From positions 415 to 64,414 of the forward strand of contig CANQQX010000003.1 in NCBI GenBank assembly GCA_947626115.1: a stretch of 64,000 bases of DNA, given 5' to 3'. This DNA comes from an uncultured Bacilli bacterium. GTDB taxonomy: Bacteria > Bacillota_I > Bacilli_A > RF39 > UBA660. A program made the position numbers and the translations under genes. Under the pieces are notes generated by a model that saw only the letters and a program-made list of their open reading frames with translations, was not told the DNA's origin and ran no database searches. Shown here one piece after another: positions 31,808 through 39,767 of this stretch. Numbering within the stretch: the stretch's first letter is position 1; each line of letters begins with the position of its first letter.

Positions 31808-32932
31808 TTAATTATTTACTTCCATATCACTAGCTTTTATTTGTAATAAGTAAACATCATTATCATTTTTTATATAAAAATAACACTTTTGATGCTTAAC
31901 AATATTGTAATACATTATAGGTAATTTTAAATTATCTCTTACATCTAGTAATTCATTAAATTTATCAATCTTAATAATACTACTATTTTTATAATCAATA
32001 CCAGTAGTAGTTTCGACAATTAAACGATCATATTCTTTTAATATTTTACTTAAAAATTTATCATATACACTTTTCTTTTTAAATACTAATGATACTAACT
32101 TAATAATTTTACTTATATAAATTGCAGATATAATAAATAATACTATTTCTAATATTAATATTTTATAATTAAAAATCATTTCTTTATCCGCGATTGCTTT
32201 TTTCATTAATGCTGTATCTTGACTATCAAATTTAATTTCAATGCTTCGTTCTGATAATGGAATTATTATTGAACTTTCTGTTTTATCATTAATATTTAAT
32301 TTATCATCTTTACTTTTTTTATCTACTTCTAAATAAACTTTTAAATAACTATTAGTTTCTACTCCATAAGAAGAATTAAAACTGCTAACTAAACTATTAT
32401 AATAATCATAATCTATATCAATACTTTCATTTATTGCTAAAGTATTAGTATTAACCATTTCTTTATTTTGGGTATCTAAAAGTACATATTTCTTAGTAAA
32501 ATAATTTGTACTACCAGTTGAATTAGATATAATTAAATCACCTAGAATTCGATAATCAAAATTAACATCAAATATTTCATCTATTTTAAATAAATAAGAG
32601 AAATCAATATCTATTTTATCAATTAAACTAGCAACATATATCATATTTTCACCTAAATATTCAGTATCATAGAATTCATTTGGTTTAACATATACTTTAT
32701 AATTTATTCCATTATTTTCGTTATAATTAACAACTTTTGATTCCGTATATTGAATAGTTTTAGTAGCAACATAGAGACATAAAGAAAAAGCCACAAGAAA
32801 AATAGCCATGTTAAAAATCATTCTAAATCTAAAGCTAAAATGGCGTCTGTATTTACTTTTTAATTTTAGTTTTTTCGTACTTTTATTAGATTGATTGTTC
32901 TCGGCTGATTTTAACTCTTCCTTTCCTTTCAT
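31808..32932 (-). CDS. bitopic membrane protein of unknown function (possibly DUF5305-like)
   Basis: 374 aa. A basic N-terminus is followed by a transmembrane segment (FNMAIFLVAFSLCLYVA), a loop of about 210 aa, a second transmembrane segment (ILILEIVLFIISAIYISKII) and a cytoplasmic tail of about 100 aa. It is tightly packed in the operon. Confidence 0.65.
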   Translation of the reverse strand: MKGKEELKSAENNQSNKSTKKLKLKSKYRRHFSFRFRMIFNMAIFLVAFSLCLYVATKTIQYTESKVVNYNENNGINYKVYVKPNEFYDTEYLGENMIYVASLIDKIDIDFSYLFKIDEIFDVNFDYRILGDLIISNSTGSTNYFTKKYVLLDTQNKEMVNTNTLAINESIDIDYDYYNSLVSSFNSSYGVETNSYLKVYLEVDKKSKDDKLNINDKTESSIIIPLSERSIEIKFDSQDTALMKKAIADKEMIFNYKILILEIVLFIISAIYISKIIKLVSLVFKKKSVYDKFLSKILKEYDRLIVETTTGIDYKNSSIIKIDKFNELLDVRDNLKLPIMYYNIVKHQKCYFYIKNDNDVYLLQIKASDMEVNN

Positions 32933-32955
32933 TCATTTTTGCCTCTCTTTATCTT

Positions 32956-34083
32956 TTACAACTCGTTTATTAAAACGGTTGGAATGCCAATATAAGGTAT
33001 TTTAATATTAACAATGCCAATTATATTATCTTTGGTAAGAACAAAATTATCTCTTTTTTCATTAGCGTCTCCCTTAGTATAAAAATAATAATCATTTAGT
33101 ACTTTTGCTTTTTCTACTAAACGATGGACTATTACTGTGCCATTATAATTAAACGCTATTACTTGTCCTTCTTTAAGACTATCATAATCATCATCAATTT
33201 TTTCAACTATTACAACATCACCTTTTCTAATAGCCGGAGTCATACTACCACTTGCAATAGCAACAGCTTGATAATGAAAATATCCTGATGTAAAATAAAC
33301 TAATAAAATGACTAATAAGGCCGGTACTATATAGGCTTCTAATCTTCTTTTCTTTTGCTTCCTTTCTACTTCTTCATCATGATCACTTTTTAAAAATAAA
33401 TAGACACGATAACAAAACAATACAGGTAATAATAATCTAATAATAGACATTATATATTGATTAGGATTAGGTACAATTGGAATTAAGTATAAATATAATT
33501 CTAATACTAATCTAAAAAGAATCATTGGTTTATATCCTACATTCATTCCTATATAAGATGCTACTATATTTGTACTAACGGCAGGTAAGACGGTTAATGA
33601 TAAAAATATAAAGGCATTATATACAGAATCGTGTAGGTTATAATATAAAGTTGTTGAAATGTCTATAAAGACAAAAAGCAAGGTCGTTGTAACAATTAAT
33701 AACCAGCTTCCTTCAGATTTACATAAAAATTGATATCTTAAAAATTCTTTAGTAATAATTAATAATATTATAGGTAGTATTATATTAATAAAATCTTTAA
33801 TATTATAATAATTATCAGTTCTAGCAAAACTTATTATTAATCCTGATAAATAGAATAAAAGAAAAAAGATTAATAGAAATATAATACAGTCAAAAATAAT
33901 ATCTTTTGTGTAACGATGTCGATCTTTCTCAAATCCGAAGAAAAACTTGAACATAACAACTATAATAAGTAAAAATATTAACATTAAATAATCACTTAAT
34001 ATACTTGAAACAAAACTATTTATACACAAAACAATGAAAATAATTGTTTCAAATGCTAACAAACGCTTATACCCACTTTTCAT
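32956..34083 (-). CDS. sipW: SipW/archaeal-type signal peptidase I fused to an N-terminal polytopic membrane domain of about 250 aa
   Basis: The C-terminal 120 aa contain ASGSMTPAIRKGDVVIV...VIVHRLV...TKGDAN (a Ser/His ER-type SPase signature). The preceding 250 aa form about 7-8 hydrophobic helices. Confidence 0.8.
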   Translation of the reverse strand: MKSGYKRLLAFETIIFIVLCINSFVSSILSDYLMLIFLLIIVVMFKFFFGFEKDRHRYTKDIIFDCIIFLLIFFLLFYLSGLIISFARTDNYYNIKDFINIILPIILLIITKEFLRYQFLCKSEGSWLLIVTTTLLFVFIDISTTLYYNLHDSVYNAFIFLSLTVLPAVSTNIVASYIGMNVGYKPMILFRLVLELYLYLIPIVPNPNQYIMSIIRLLLPVLFCYRVYLFLKSDHDEEVERKQKKRRLEAYIVPALLVILLVYFTSGYFHYQAVAIASGSMTPAIRKGDVVIVEKIDDDYDSLKEGQVIAFNYNGTVIVHRLVEKAKVLNDYYFYTKGDANEKRDNFVLTKDNIIGIVNIKIPYIGIPTVLINEL

Positions 34084-34110
34084 TCCTTTCCTCCTAAATA
34101 GTTTTGTGAA

Positions 34111-34139
34111 AATATATTAAAGATTAACTTTAATATATT
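34111..34139 (-). terminator. 12-bp perfect AT-rich hairpin just after the major-subunit gene, a possible attenuator or mRNA-stabilising element
   Basis: AATATATTAAAG-attaa-CTTTAATATATT. Only a short U tract follows it on the minus strand. Confidence 0.3.
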
Positions 34140-34150
34140 TATTTACTTAA

Positions 34151-34816
34151 TTATGCTCCTGCATTATCTTTAGAACTATAATTTAAAGTAATAGCACCAA
34201 CTGTAACAGAATAATCATTATCAGTTAATGTTGTTCCTTCACCCGCTTTAATAGATAATTTAACTGTTTTGCTTTCACCAGCAGCTAATTTCTTACCAGA
34301 TATTGAAGCTTGATCACCAGTATAATCAGCATCATCTACAGTAAGAGTAACAGTAATAGTTTTACAAGCTGTATTTATTAATTCTGTATTAGCTGTAGCC
34401 ATACCATCTCCGGTAGCAGCACAAGCTAAAGAATCATTGGCAAAATCAATACTTGTTAAATACGCATCCATTTCACCGTTATTTACGACATACCACTCAT
34501 AAGTGATTTCTTGATTATCTTTAGTAATTTTAGCATTAGCATTTACCATAGTAGTTGCTGTAATAGTAGCAGTACCAGCATTTGATTGTCCTGCTTCTTC
34601 ATTGGTAATAGTACCTGTAACAGTTTGTTGACCTTCTTCGATTTTAGATTCTGTATTAGAAAATTCTACATTAAATTTAGAAGAATCAGCTTTAACTTCA
34701 GCAGTTGGTGTAATAGTTAATTGAGCAGTGAAAGCAGCAAAACCTACTGATAAACCAACAACAGCGATTACTAAAGCAATTATAGCAATAACTTTTGAAT
34801 CTCTATTCTTTTCCAT
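34151..34816 (-). CDS. TasA-like secreted protein with a SipW-type signal peptide, the probable major fibre or matrix subunit
   Basis: 221 aa. The signal is IAIIALVIAVVGLSVGFAAFTAQL. The mature part is Thr/Ala/Gly-rich. The gene is visibly more GC-rich than its neighbours and has a strong RBS (GAAGGAGGTG). Confidence 0.75.
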   Translation of the reverse strand: MEKNRDSKVIAIIALVIAVVGLSVGFAAFTAQLTITPTAEVKADSSKFNVEFSNTESKIEEGQQTVTGTITNEEAGQSNAGTATITATTMVNANAKITKDNQEITYEWYVVNNGEMDAYLTSIDFANDSLACAATGDGMATANTELINTACKTITVTLTVDDADYTGDQASISGKKLAAGESKTVKLSIKAGEGTTLTDNDYSVTVGAITLNYSSKDNAGA

Positions 34817-34905
34817 TATTCTTTCACACCTCCTTCGTTTTATCTTCTAGCGTATAGGGAGAGTTTTACTTTCATATTAAAACTTACATACACTATTCTA
34901 AGTAT

Positions 34906-34934
34906 ATTATATAATACCCCCCCCGAAATTGCAA
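34906..34934 (-). promoter_or_regulatory. consensus sigma-A-type promoter with a G8 homopolymer inside the spacer
   Basis: On the minus strand: TTGCAA (34934-34929), the 17-nt spacer tttcGGGGGGGGtatta, then TATAAT (34911-34906). The G8 tract is C8 on the plus strand at 34917-34924. Confidence 0.7.
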
Positions 34935-34980
34935 ATGAACTTGCATTTTTTTGACGAATTGTGTAAAGAAAAAAAGAAGA

Positions 34981-35301
34981 TTACTCTTCTTCAATAACTT
35001 TTGTTAAATCAAAATTATATATTATTATATCTTCTTGTTCATATTTTATATAGGTATTACCTTCTTCAATTACATAATTAATTTTATCAAGTGGTAGAGA
35101 TAACTCTAGTAAATAATCTGGTTGAATTGCTATACCTCTTCCTCTTAAAATATTATTTTTATTAGCGTCATTAAAAAGTAAAATATTTTTATTAGTTATA
35201 ATCATTGCCAAATTATATTCTTTGTTATTAATATCTAATAAAACACTCCTATCTTCATAAATTGCTTTTTCTTTGTTTTTAGTAAAATCATAATTAAACA
35301 T
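34981..35301 (-). CDS. hypothetical small cytoplasmic protein (possibly a bacterial PH-like fold)
   Basis: 106-aa ORF 12 nt downstream of the 478-aa gene. The fold assignment is only an impression. Confidence 0.55.
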   Translation of the reverse strand: MFNYDFTKNKEKAIYEDRSVLLDINNKEYNLAMIITNKNILLFNDANKNNILRGRGIAIQPDYLLELSLPLDKINYVIEEGNTYIKYEQEDIIIYNFDLTKVIEEE

Positions 35302-35313
35302 AATATACCTCCT

Positions 35314-36747
35314 TTATCTTGTTATTCCATTTAAACTATTAACAAACAAATTAACAATTAATTTATCATCTACAAACTGTTTTTCAGTTATTGTATAATT
35401 TCGAATTGTATCTTTTATTGTTTGCAAACTATATTTTTTTAATAACATATCAATTTTATCTCTATCACCAAACCTGTTAGTAATGTATTCTGATTTGCCT
35501 TCAAATAATTTTACAAGAGCTCCTTTGGCTTGTTTAATATCATAAGCGTTTAACGTATTTTGAATAGCAGTTGTTACAATATCAATTATTTCTGCTGATG
35601 GGTCTTCATTAATAACAACTCTTTCCAAATCTTGGGTAACATCAATCATAACTCTATTTTTATTTAAAACACGATTAACATATTCATTAACCATTTCTTC
35701 AAAAAATACTGTATTATCAAGATTTCCATATATTTCTTTAGCCATAATATTTATTGCAACATTTACTGGTACATATTTCGCTAAACCTTCTCTTGTTCCT
35801 TCTTTTCTGGTAATACTTTCTATATTACCATTTAAATATTTTAAAAGTGCACCTTTGGCTTGACCGGGGTAATATTTTTCTGTTACTAATATAGCTTGAT
35901 TTAAATAAAATTTAGGATCAATAATTCTTTCTCGCCATTTACCATATTTATCTATTGATTTATTATGAGCATGAGTATAAAATTGAGATAATTCAAAATC
36001 TTTAGAAGTAGTTTGACTTAAAAGAGAATAAATATCTTTTAAATCTAAATCTTTTATTTCATGAATACAATTTTTTAAATAAATATTAAAAGATTCAACA
36101 TTTAAATCTTTTACTCTATTTTTGATTTTTAATATTTTAATAAAATTTGTAATTGCATTACATAATTCAAAATTAAAGGAAAATTTATTGTCCATAGTTA
36201 AACCAATACCATTATCACTAGCTAAAAAAGGATTAACAGTTAAAATATTTTCTCTTAAAAAGGCATTACTATGGACAAAATCACAAATTCTTTGGGCATC
36301 TTCTAAAGTATTTACTCTTATAACTAAATCATCATTACGTTCGAAAGTAGCAATTTTAGATTGATGAGTAATATTGTTACTTGCTAAAAATGTGAAAATT
36401 TGTTTACCGGCATCCACTATCTTATCTTTAGCAAAAGGAATATATAATTTAACTTCATTACCATTTAATTTACCATTAGCAAACATTAAAAAATCAAAAT
36501 TAGCTCTTTCATATACTCTTAAATTAGGAGTATGTGCAAAATAATCATAAAAATCAGCGAAGTTATCTTTTAAACTTATTATTTCAGTTGAAGATAAACC
36601 ATAATTTATTAGTAAAGAATAAACTAAATCACTAGTTATTTCTCTTTTTTTATTTTCTAAAGCTAATTTTTTAATAGTGTTTAAAAAATCTTGCATTCGC
36701 TCATAGTTAGTAACTGGTATCGTTTTCTTCCACAAATTCACTTTCAT
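35314..36747 (-). CDS. unknown 477-aa cytoplasmic protein with an internal duplicated helical module
   Basis: The ATG at 36747 follows GGAG; the track start at 36750 is a TTG. The repeats are YYPGQAKGALLKYLNGNIESITRKEG and YDIKQAKGALVKLFEGKSEYITNRFG. The N-terminal segment VKLYIPFAKDK...SKIATFERNDDLVIRV faintly recalls HopA1 / LanKC-N-type domains (from memory only). Confidence 0.65.
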   Translation of the reverse strand: MKVNLWKKTIPVTNYERMQDFLNTIKKLALENKKREITSDLVYSLLINYGLSSTEIISLKDNFADFYDYFAHTPNLRVYERANFDFLMFANGKLNGNEVKLYIPFAKDKIVDAGKQIFTFLASNNITHQSKIATFERNDDLVIRVNTLEDAQRICDFVHSNAFLRENILTVNPFLASDNGIGLTMDNKFSFNFELCNAITNFIKILKIKNRVKDLNVESFNIYLKNCIHEIKDLDLKDIYSLLSQTTSKDFELSQFYTHAHNKSIDKYGKWRERIIDPKFYLNQAILVTEKYYPGQAKGALLKYLNGNIESITRKEGTREGLAKYVPVNVAINIMAKEIYGNLDNTVFFEEMVNEYVNRVLNKNRVMIDVTQDLERVVINEDPSAEIIDIVTTAIQNTLNAYDIKQAKGALVKLFEGKSEYITNRFGDRDKIDMLLKKYSLQTIKDTIRNYTITEKQFVDDKLIVNLFVNSLNGITR

Positions 36748-36865
36748 CAATCTCCATTGTATTTTCTAAATCTAAATTATCCATATCATTTCTTTCAATT
36801 TCGGAATCACTAACTAAAGGTATTTCTACTTCTTCACCATCTATTATCCATTTTTCAGTTTTCAT
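36707..36865 (-). CDS. 52-aa strongly acidic micro-ORF overlapping the start of the 477-aa gene
   Basis: Not in the ORF track. An RBS (GAAGGG) lies 6 nt before the ATG at 36865. The product is MKTEKWIIDGEEVEIPLVSDSEIERNDMDNLDLENTMEIDESEFVEENDTSY. It overlaps the next gene by about 40 nt in another frame. Confidence 0.4.
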   Translation of the reverse strand: MKTEKWIIDGEEVEIPLVSDSEIERNDMDNLDLENTMEIDESEFVEENDTSY

Positions 36866-36948
36866 ATATTACCCTTCTTAATTTAAGAATATCAAAAAAA
36901 TCAATTATTAGTATAATTAATTTAAATTACTTGACATTTATTGGCAAT

Positions 36949-37722
36949 TTATTTTAAGTTATTTAATATATCTACAAATACATCTTCAGATAATTCTTCT
37001 GCTCTTACATTATCTTGCAAATCATATTTATCTAATATTTCTTTAACTTTAGCAAAATCATAATCACTTAAATTATTTTTTAAAGTCTTTCTTTTCATTT
37101 TAAAACTATCATTTATTAATTTAAAATATTCTTGTCTTAATACATTTGGTTTATCTATTCTTTTTTTTAGTTTAATAACAGCACTTTCTACTTTGGGAAT
37201 AGGATTAAAACTATTTTTACTTACTTTAAATAATTTAGTAACATTAAAATAATATTTTAAATATAAAGTAATACTGCCATAATCTTTATTTTTAGGTAGT
37301 GCTGAAAAACGATCCGCTACTTCATCTTGTACCATAAAAAGCATTTCTTCAATATCTAAATTACTTTCAATTAAATATTTTATAATTGGGGTTGTAATAT
37401 AATAAGGCAGATTACCAACTATATACAATTTATTATAATTAATATTTTTGATATCTTCTTTAATATTACTATTTAAAATATCTTGATAAATTATTTTAGT
37501 TTTATCATCTTCATATTTATTTAAATATATTTTTAAATCAGTATCTATTTCATAACAAATTAAATTAGCATTTTTTTCTTTTAGTTTGCAAGTTAAAGCA
37601 CCCATACCAGGGCCAATTTCAATAATTAAATCATCATTGGTTACATTAATATTATCACTAATCCTTTGGATAACACTTGTATCAATTAAAAAATTTTGTC
37701 CTAAACTTTTTTTTGCGTGCAT
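36949..37722 (-). CDS. rsmA: 16S rRNA (adenine1518/1519-N6)-dimethyltransferase
   Basis: Translation MHAKKSLGQNFLID...EIGPGMGALT...GNLPYYITTPII. The ATG at 37722 lies 1 nt after the upstream stop. Confidence 0.94.
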   Translation of the reverse strand: MHAKKSLGQNFLIDTSVIQRISDNINVTNDDLIIEIGPGMGALTCKLKEKNANLICYEIDTDLKIYLNKYEDDKTKIIYQDILNSNIKEDIKNINYNKLYIVGNLPYYITTPIIKYLIESNLDIEEMLFMVQDEVADRFSALPKNKDYGSITLYLKYYFNVTKLFKVSKNSFNPIPKVESAVIKLKKRIDKPNVLRQEYFKLINDSFKMKRKTLKNNLSDYDFAKVKEILDKYDLQDNVRAEELSEDVFVDILNNLK

Positions 37723-37723
37723 T

Positions 37724-38275
37724 TTAACTCTTCTTTGTGCCATAACCAAATCGCAACACATCATAAGTAATAACACTTCTACCTATAGTATTATAAGCAT
37801 AATCATTTGATTCACTTAATAAATCTAGGGCATTACCACGAACACCACGATCAAGAACAATCGCAATTGTTGGTTCTTCTGATATTCTCTTACTATAAAT
37901 TCTAACAATTGAACCACATGGAAGATTAGAAGAAGATGCTACAATTCTAACACGACCATATACTTCATCATCATAAGTAGTTTTATAACCTGATATATCA
38001 TAAGATGGCATACATCCTAAAGTACCACCACATAATGGACAATTATAAACATAACCAGTTAAATCACCAGTAAATGTATCTTTAATACTATAAATATCAT
38101 TTTCTTTAAATTCATCTACTTTTAAAGCCATTGTAGATAAATTAACATTTTTATTAACATTATCACTATAACTTTTAGTTTCAATTATATGAACATAACT
38201 AGAAGATAAAACAACAAAAAGAATTATGGCTGAAAATCTAATTGAATAATTAATAAATTTCTTCATTATATTCAC
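37724..38275 (-). CDS. membrane-anchored 3D-domain protein (YabE-like C-terminal module)
   Basis: N-terminal transmembrane segment, then LTGYVYNCPLCGG...RIVASSSNLPCGSIVRIY...AIVLDRGVRGNALDL. Confidence 0.75.
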   Translation of the reverse strand: MNIMKKFINYSIRFSAIILFVVLSSSYVHIIETKSYSDNVNKNVNLSTMALKVDEFKENDIYSIKDTFTGDLTGYVYNCPLCGGTLGCMPSYDISGYKTTYDDEVYGRVRIVASSSNLPCGSIVRIYSKRISEEPTIAIVLDRGVRGNALDLLSESNDYAYNTIGRSVITYDVLRFGYGTKKS

Positions 38276-38341
38276 CTTCTAACATTATATTATAACTAAT
38301 TTAGTATGACTTGTCAAAAAAAGATAACACTTGTTACCATG

Positions 38342-38941
38342 TTATCTTTTCATAATATTTTTTGTCAATTTCTCACCATTTACATTTGTATTTTCTTCTT
38401 GTTGAATTGAATCTATTAATTCATCAGAATATTGAAATCTTTGTAATTCACCATAGTAGGCATTTAAAATATCACCTATTGTTAAATTATCGAAATAATA
38501 TTTTTTTCCACTTAAATATTCATTACTTGTATCGACACCACATCGTGAGAAAAAAGTATCTAAATAATTTATGAATTCCTTATAAATTTCATAATCATTA
38601 AATGAAATAGATAACATATTACCTGTTTTTTCACATTGAATTATAACATAAGAATTATATGATACCTGTAAATCGTAATCAAATGCTTTTTGCATCGCTT
38701 TTACTAAATTTAATGCGTTGTTAGTTTCAATATGTTCTTTTATAAGCATAGGTAAAATTTTTGTTATAAAAAATCGATAATAATAGTATGCCTTTGTTGT
38801 ATTAACATTATATTTATTTTCAGATTTTGCTTCACAATATTGAGAATTAATTAATTTTTTTCTTTTCTCTTCTTTTAATTTATTAACTTCATTAACATTA
38901 GCTTTTACTTTACTATTTAAAATTTCATATAAGTTTTCCAT
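38342..38941 (-). CDS. unknown cytoplasmic protein, member 3 of the YY-x-ELQR family
   Basis: 199 aa with YRFFITKILPMLIKEHI...ILNAYYGELQRFQYSDE. Confidence 0.65.
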   Translation of the reverse strand: MENLYEILNSKVKANVNEVNKLKEEKRKKLINSQYCEAKSENKYNVNTTKAYYYYRFFITKILPMLIKEHIETNNALNLVKAMQKAFDYDLQVSYNSYVIIQCEKTGNMLSISFNDYEIYKEFINYLDTFFSRCGVDTSNEYLSGKKYYFDNLTIGDILNAYYGELQRFQYSDELIDSIQQEENTNVNGEKLTKNIMKR

Positions 38942-39005
38942 AAATACACTTCTTTCTGATATAGTTATTTATTATAAATGTGCAATAAAAAATAAGCAAG
39001 AACCA

Positions 39006-39767
39006 TTAATTCTTACTTATCCTATTAAACATATTATCTAAATTTTGATTAGTAATCTTTGCTAGTTCTTCTAAAGATATATTTTTTAAATCCGCGACAA
39101 ATTTAGCGATATCTAGAATATGGGATGGACTATTTTGTTTACCACGATATGGTTCAGGAGTAAGATAAGGACTATCGGTTTCTAAAATTAAAGATGATAT
39201 AGGCAATTCTTTAATAACATCTTTAATATTAGCATTTTTAAAAGTTATTACACCATTAATACCAATTAAATAACCCATTTTGATATATTCTCTAGCTGTT
39301 TCTAGTGAGCCACTAAAAGAATGAATTATTCCTTTAACATGATATTTTTTTAAAGTAGTTAATGTATCCAAAGTTGCTTCTCTACTATGAATTATCACTG
39401 GTATATTATATTTTTCTGCTAGTTTTAATTGTGTTTCTAATAACTTAATTTGTTCATCTTTATTTTCTTTTGTGTAATAATAATCTAAACCTATTTCACC
39501 AATAGCAATTATTTTTTTATTAGTTATATTATCTTCAATAAATTTTATATCTTCTAATTTGTAAGTATCTACACTTTCGGGATGAATACCAATAGCGCCA
39601 TACATACTAGGATATTTGCATGTAAGATTAATAACTTCAATATTTGATTTAGCATCACAACCATTATTAATAAAACGATTAACTTTATTAAGAGAAGCAT
39701 CATTTATTACTTTAGTAATATCATCATAATATTCACTATATAAATGACAATGACTATCAGTAAACAT
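39006..39767 (-). CDS. tatD: TatD-family metal-dependent DNase/hydrolase
   Basis: Translation MFTDSHCHL...GEIGLDYYY...IHSR...ETDSPYL. Confidence 0.93.
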   Translation of the reverse strand: MFTDSHCHLYSEYYDDITKVINDASLNKVNRFINNGCDAKSNIEVINLTCKYPSMYGAIGIHPESVDTYKLEDIKFIEDNITNKKIIAIGEIGLDYYYTKENKDEQIKLLETQLKLAEKYNIPVIIHSREATLDTLTTLKKYHVKGIIHSFSGSLETAREYIKMGYLIGINGVITFKNANIKDVIKELPISSLILETDSPYLTPEPYRGKQNSPSHILDIAKFVADLKNISLEELAKITNQNLDNMFNRISKN

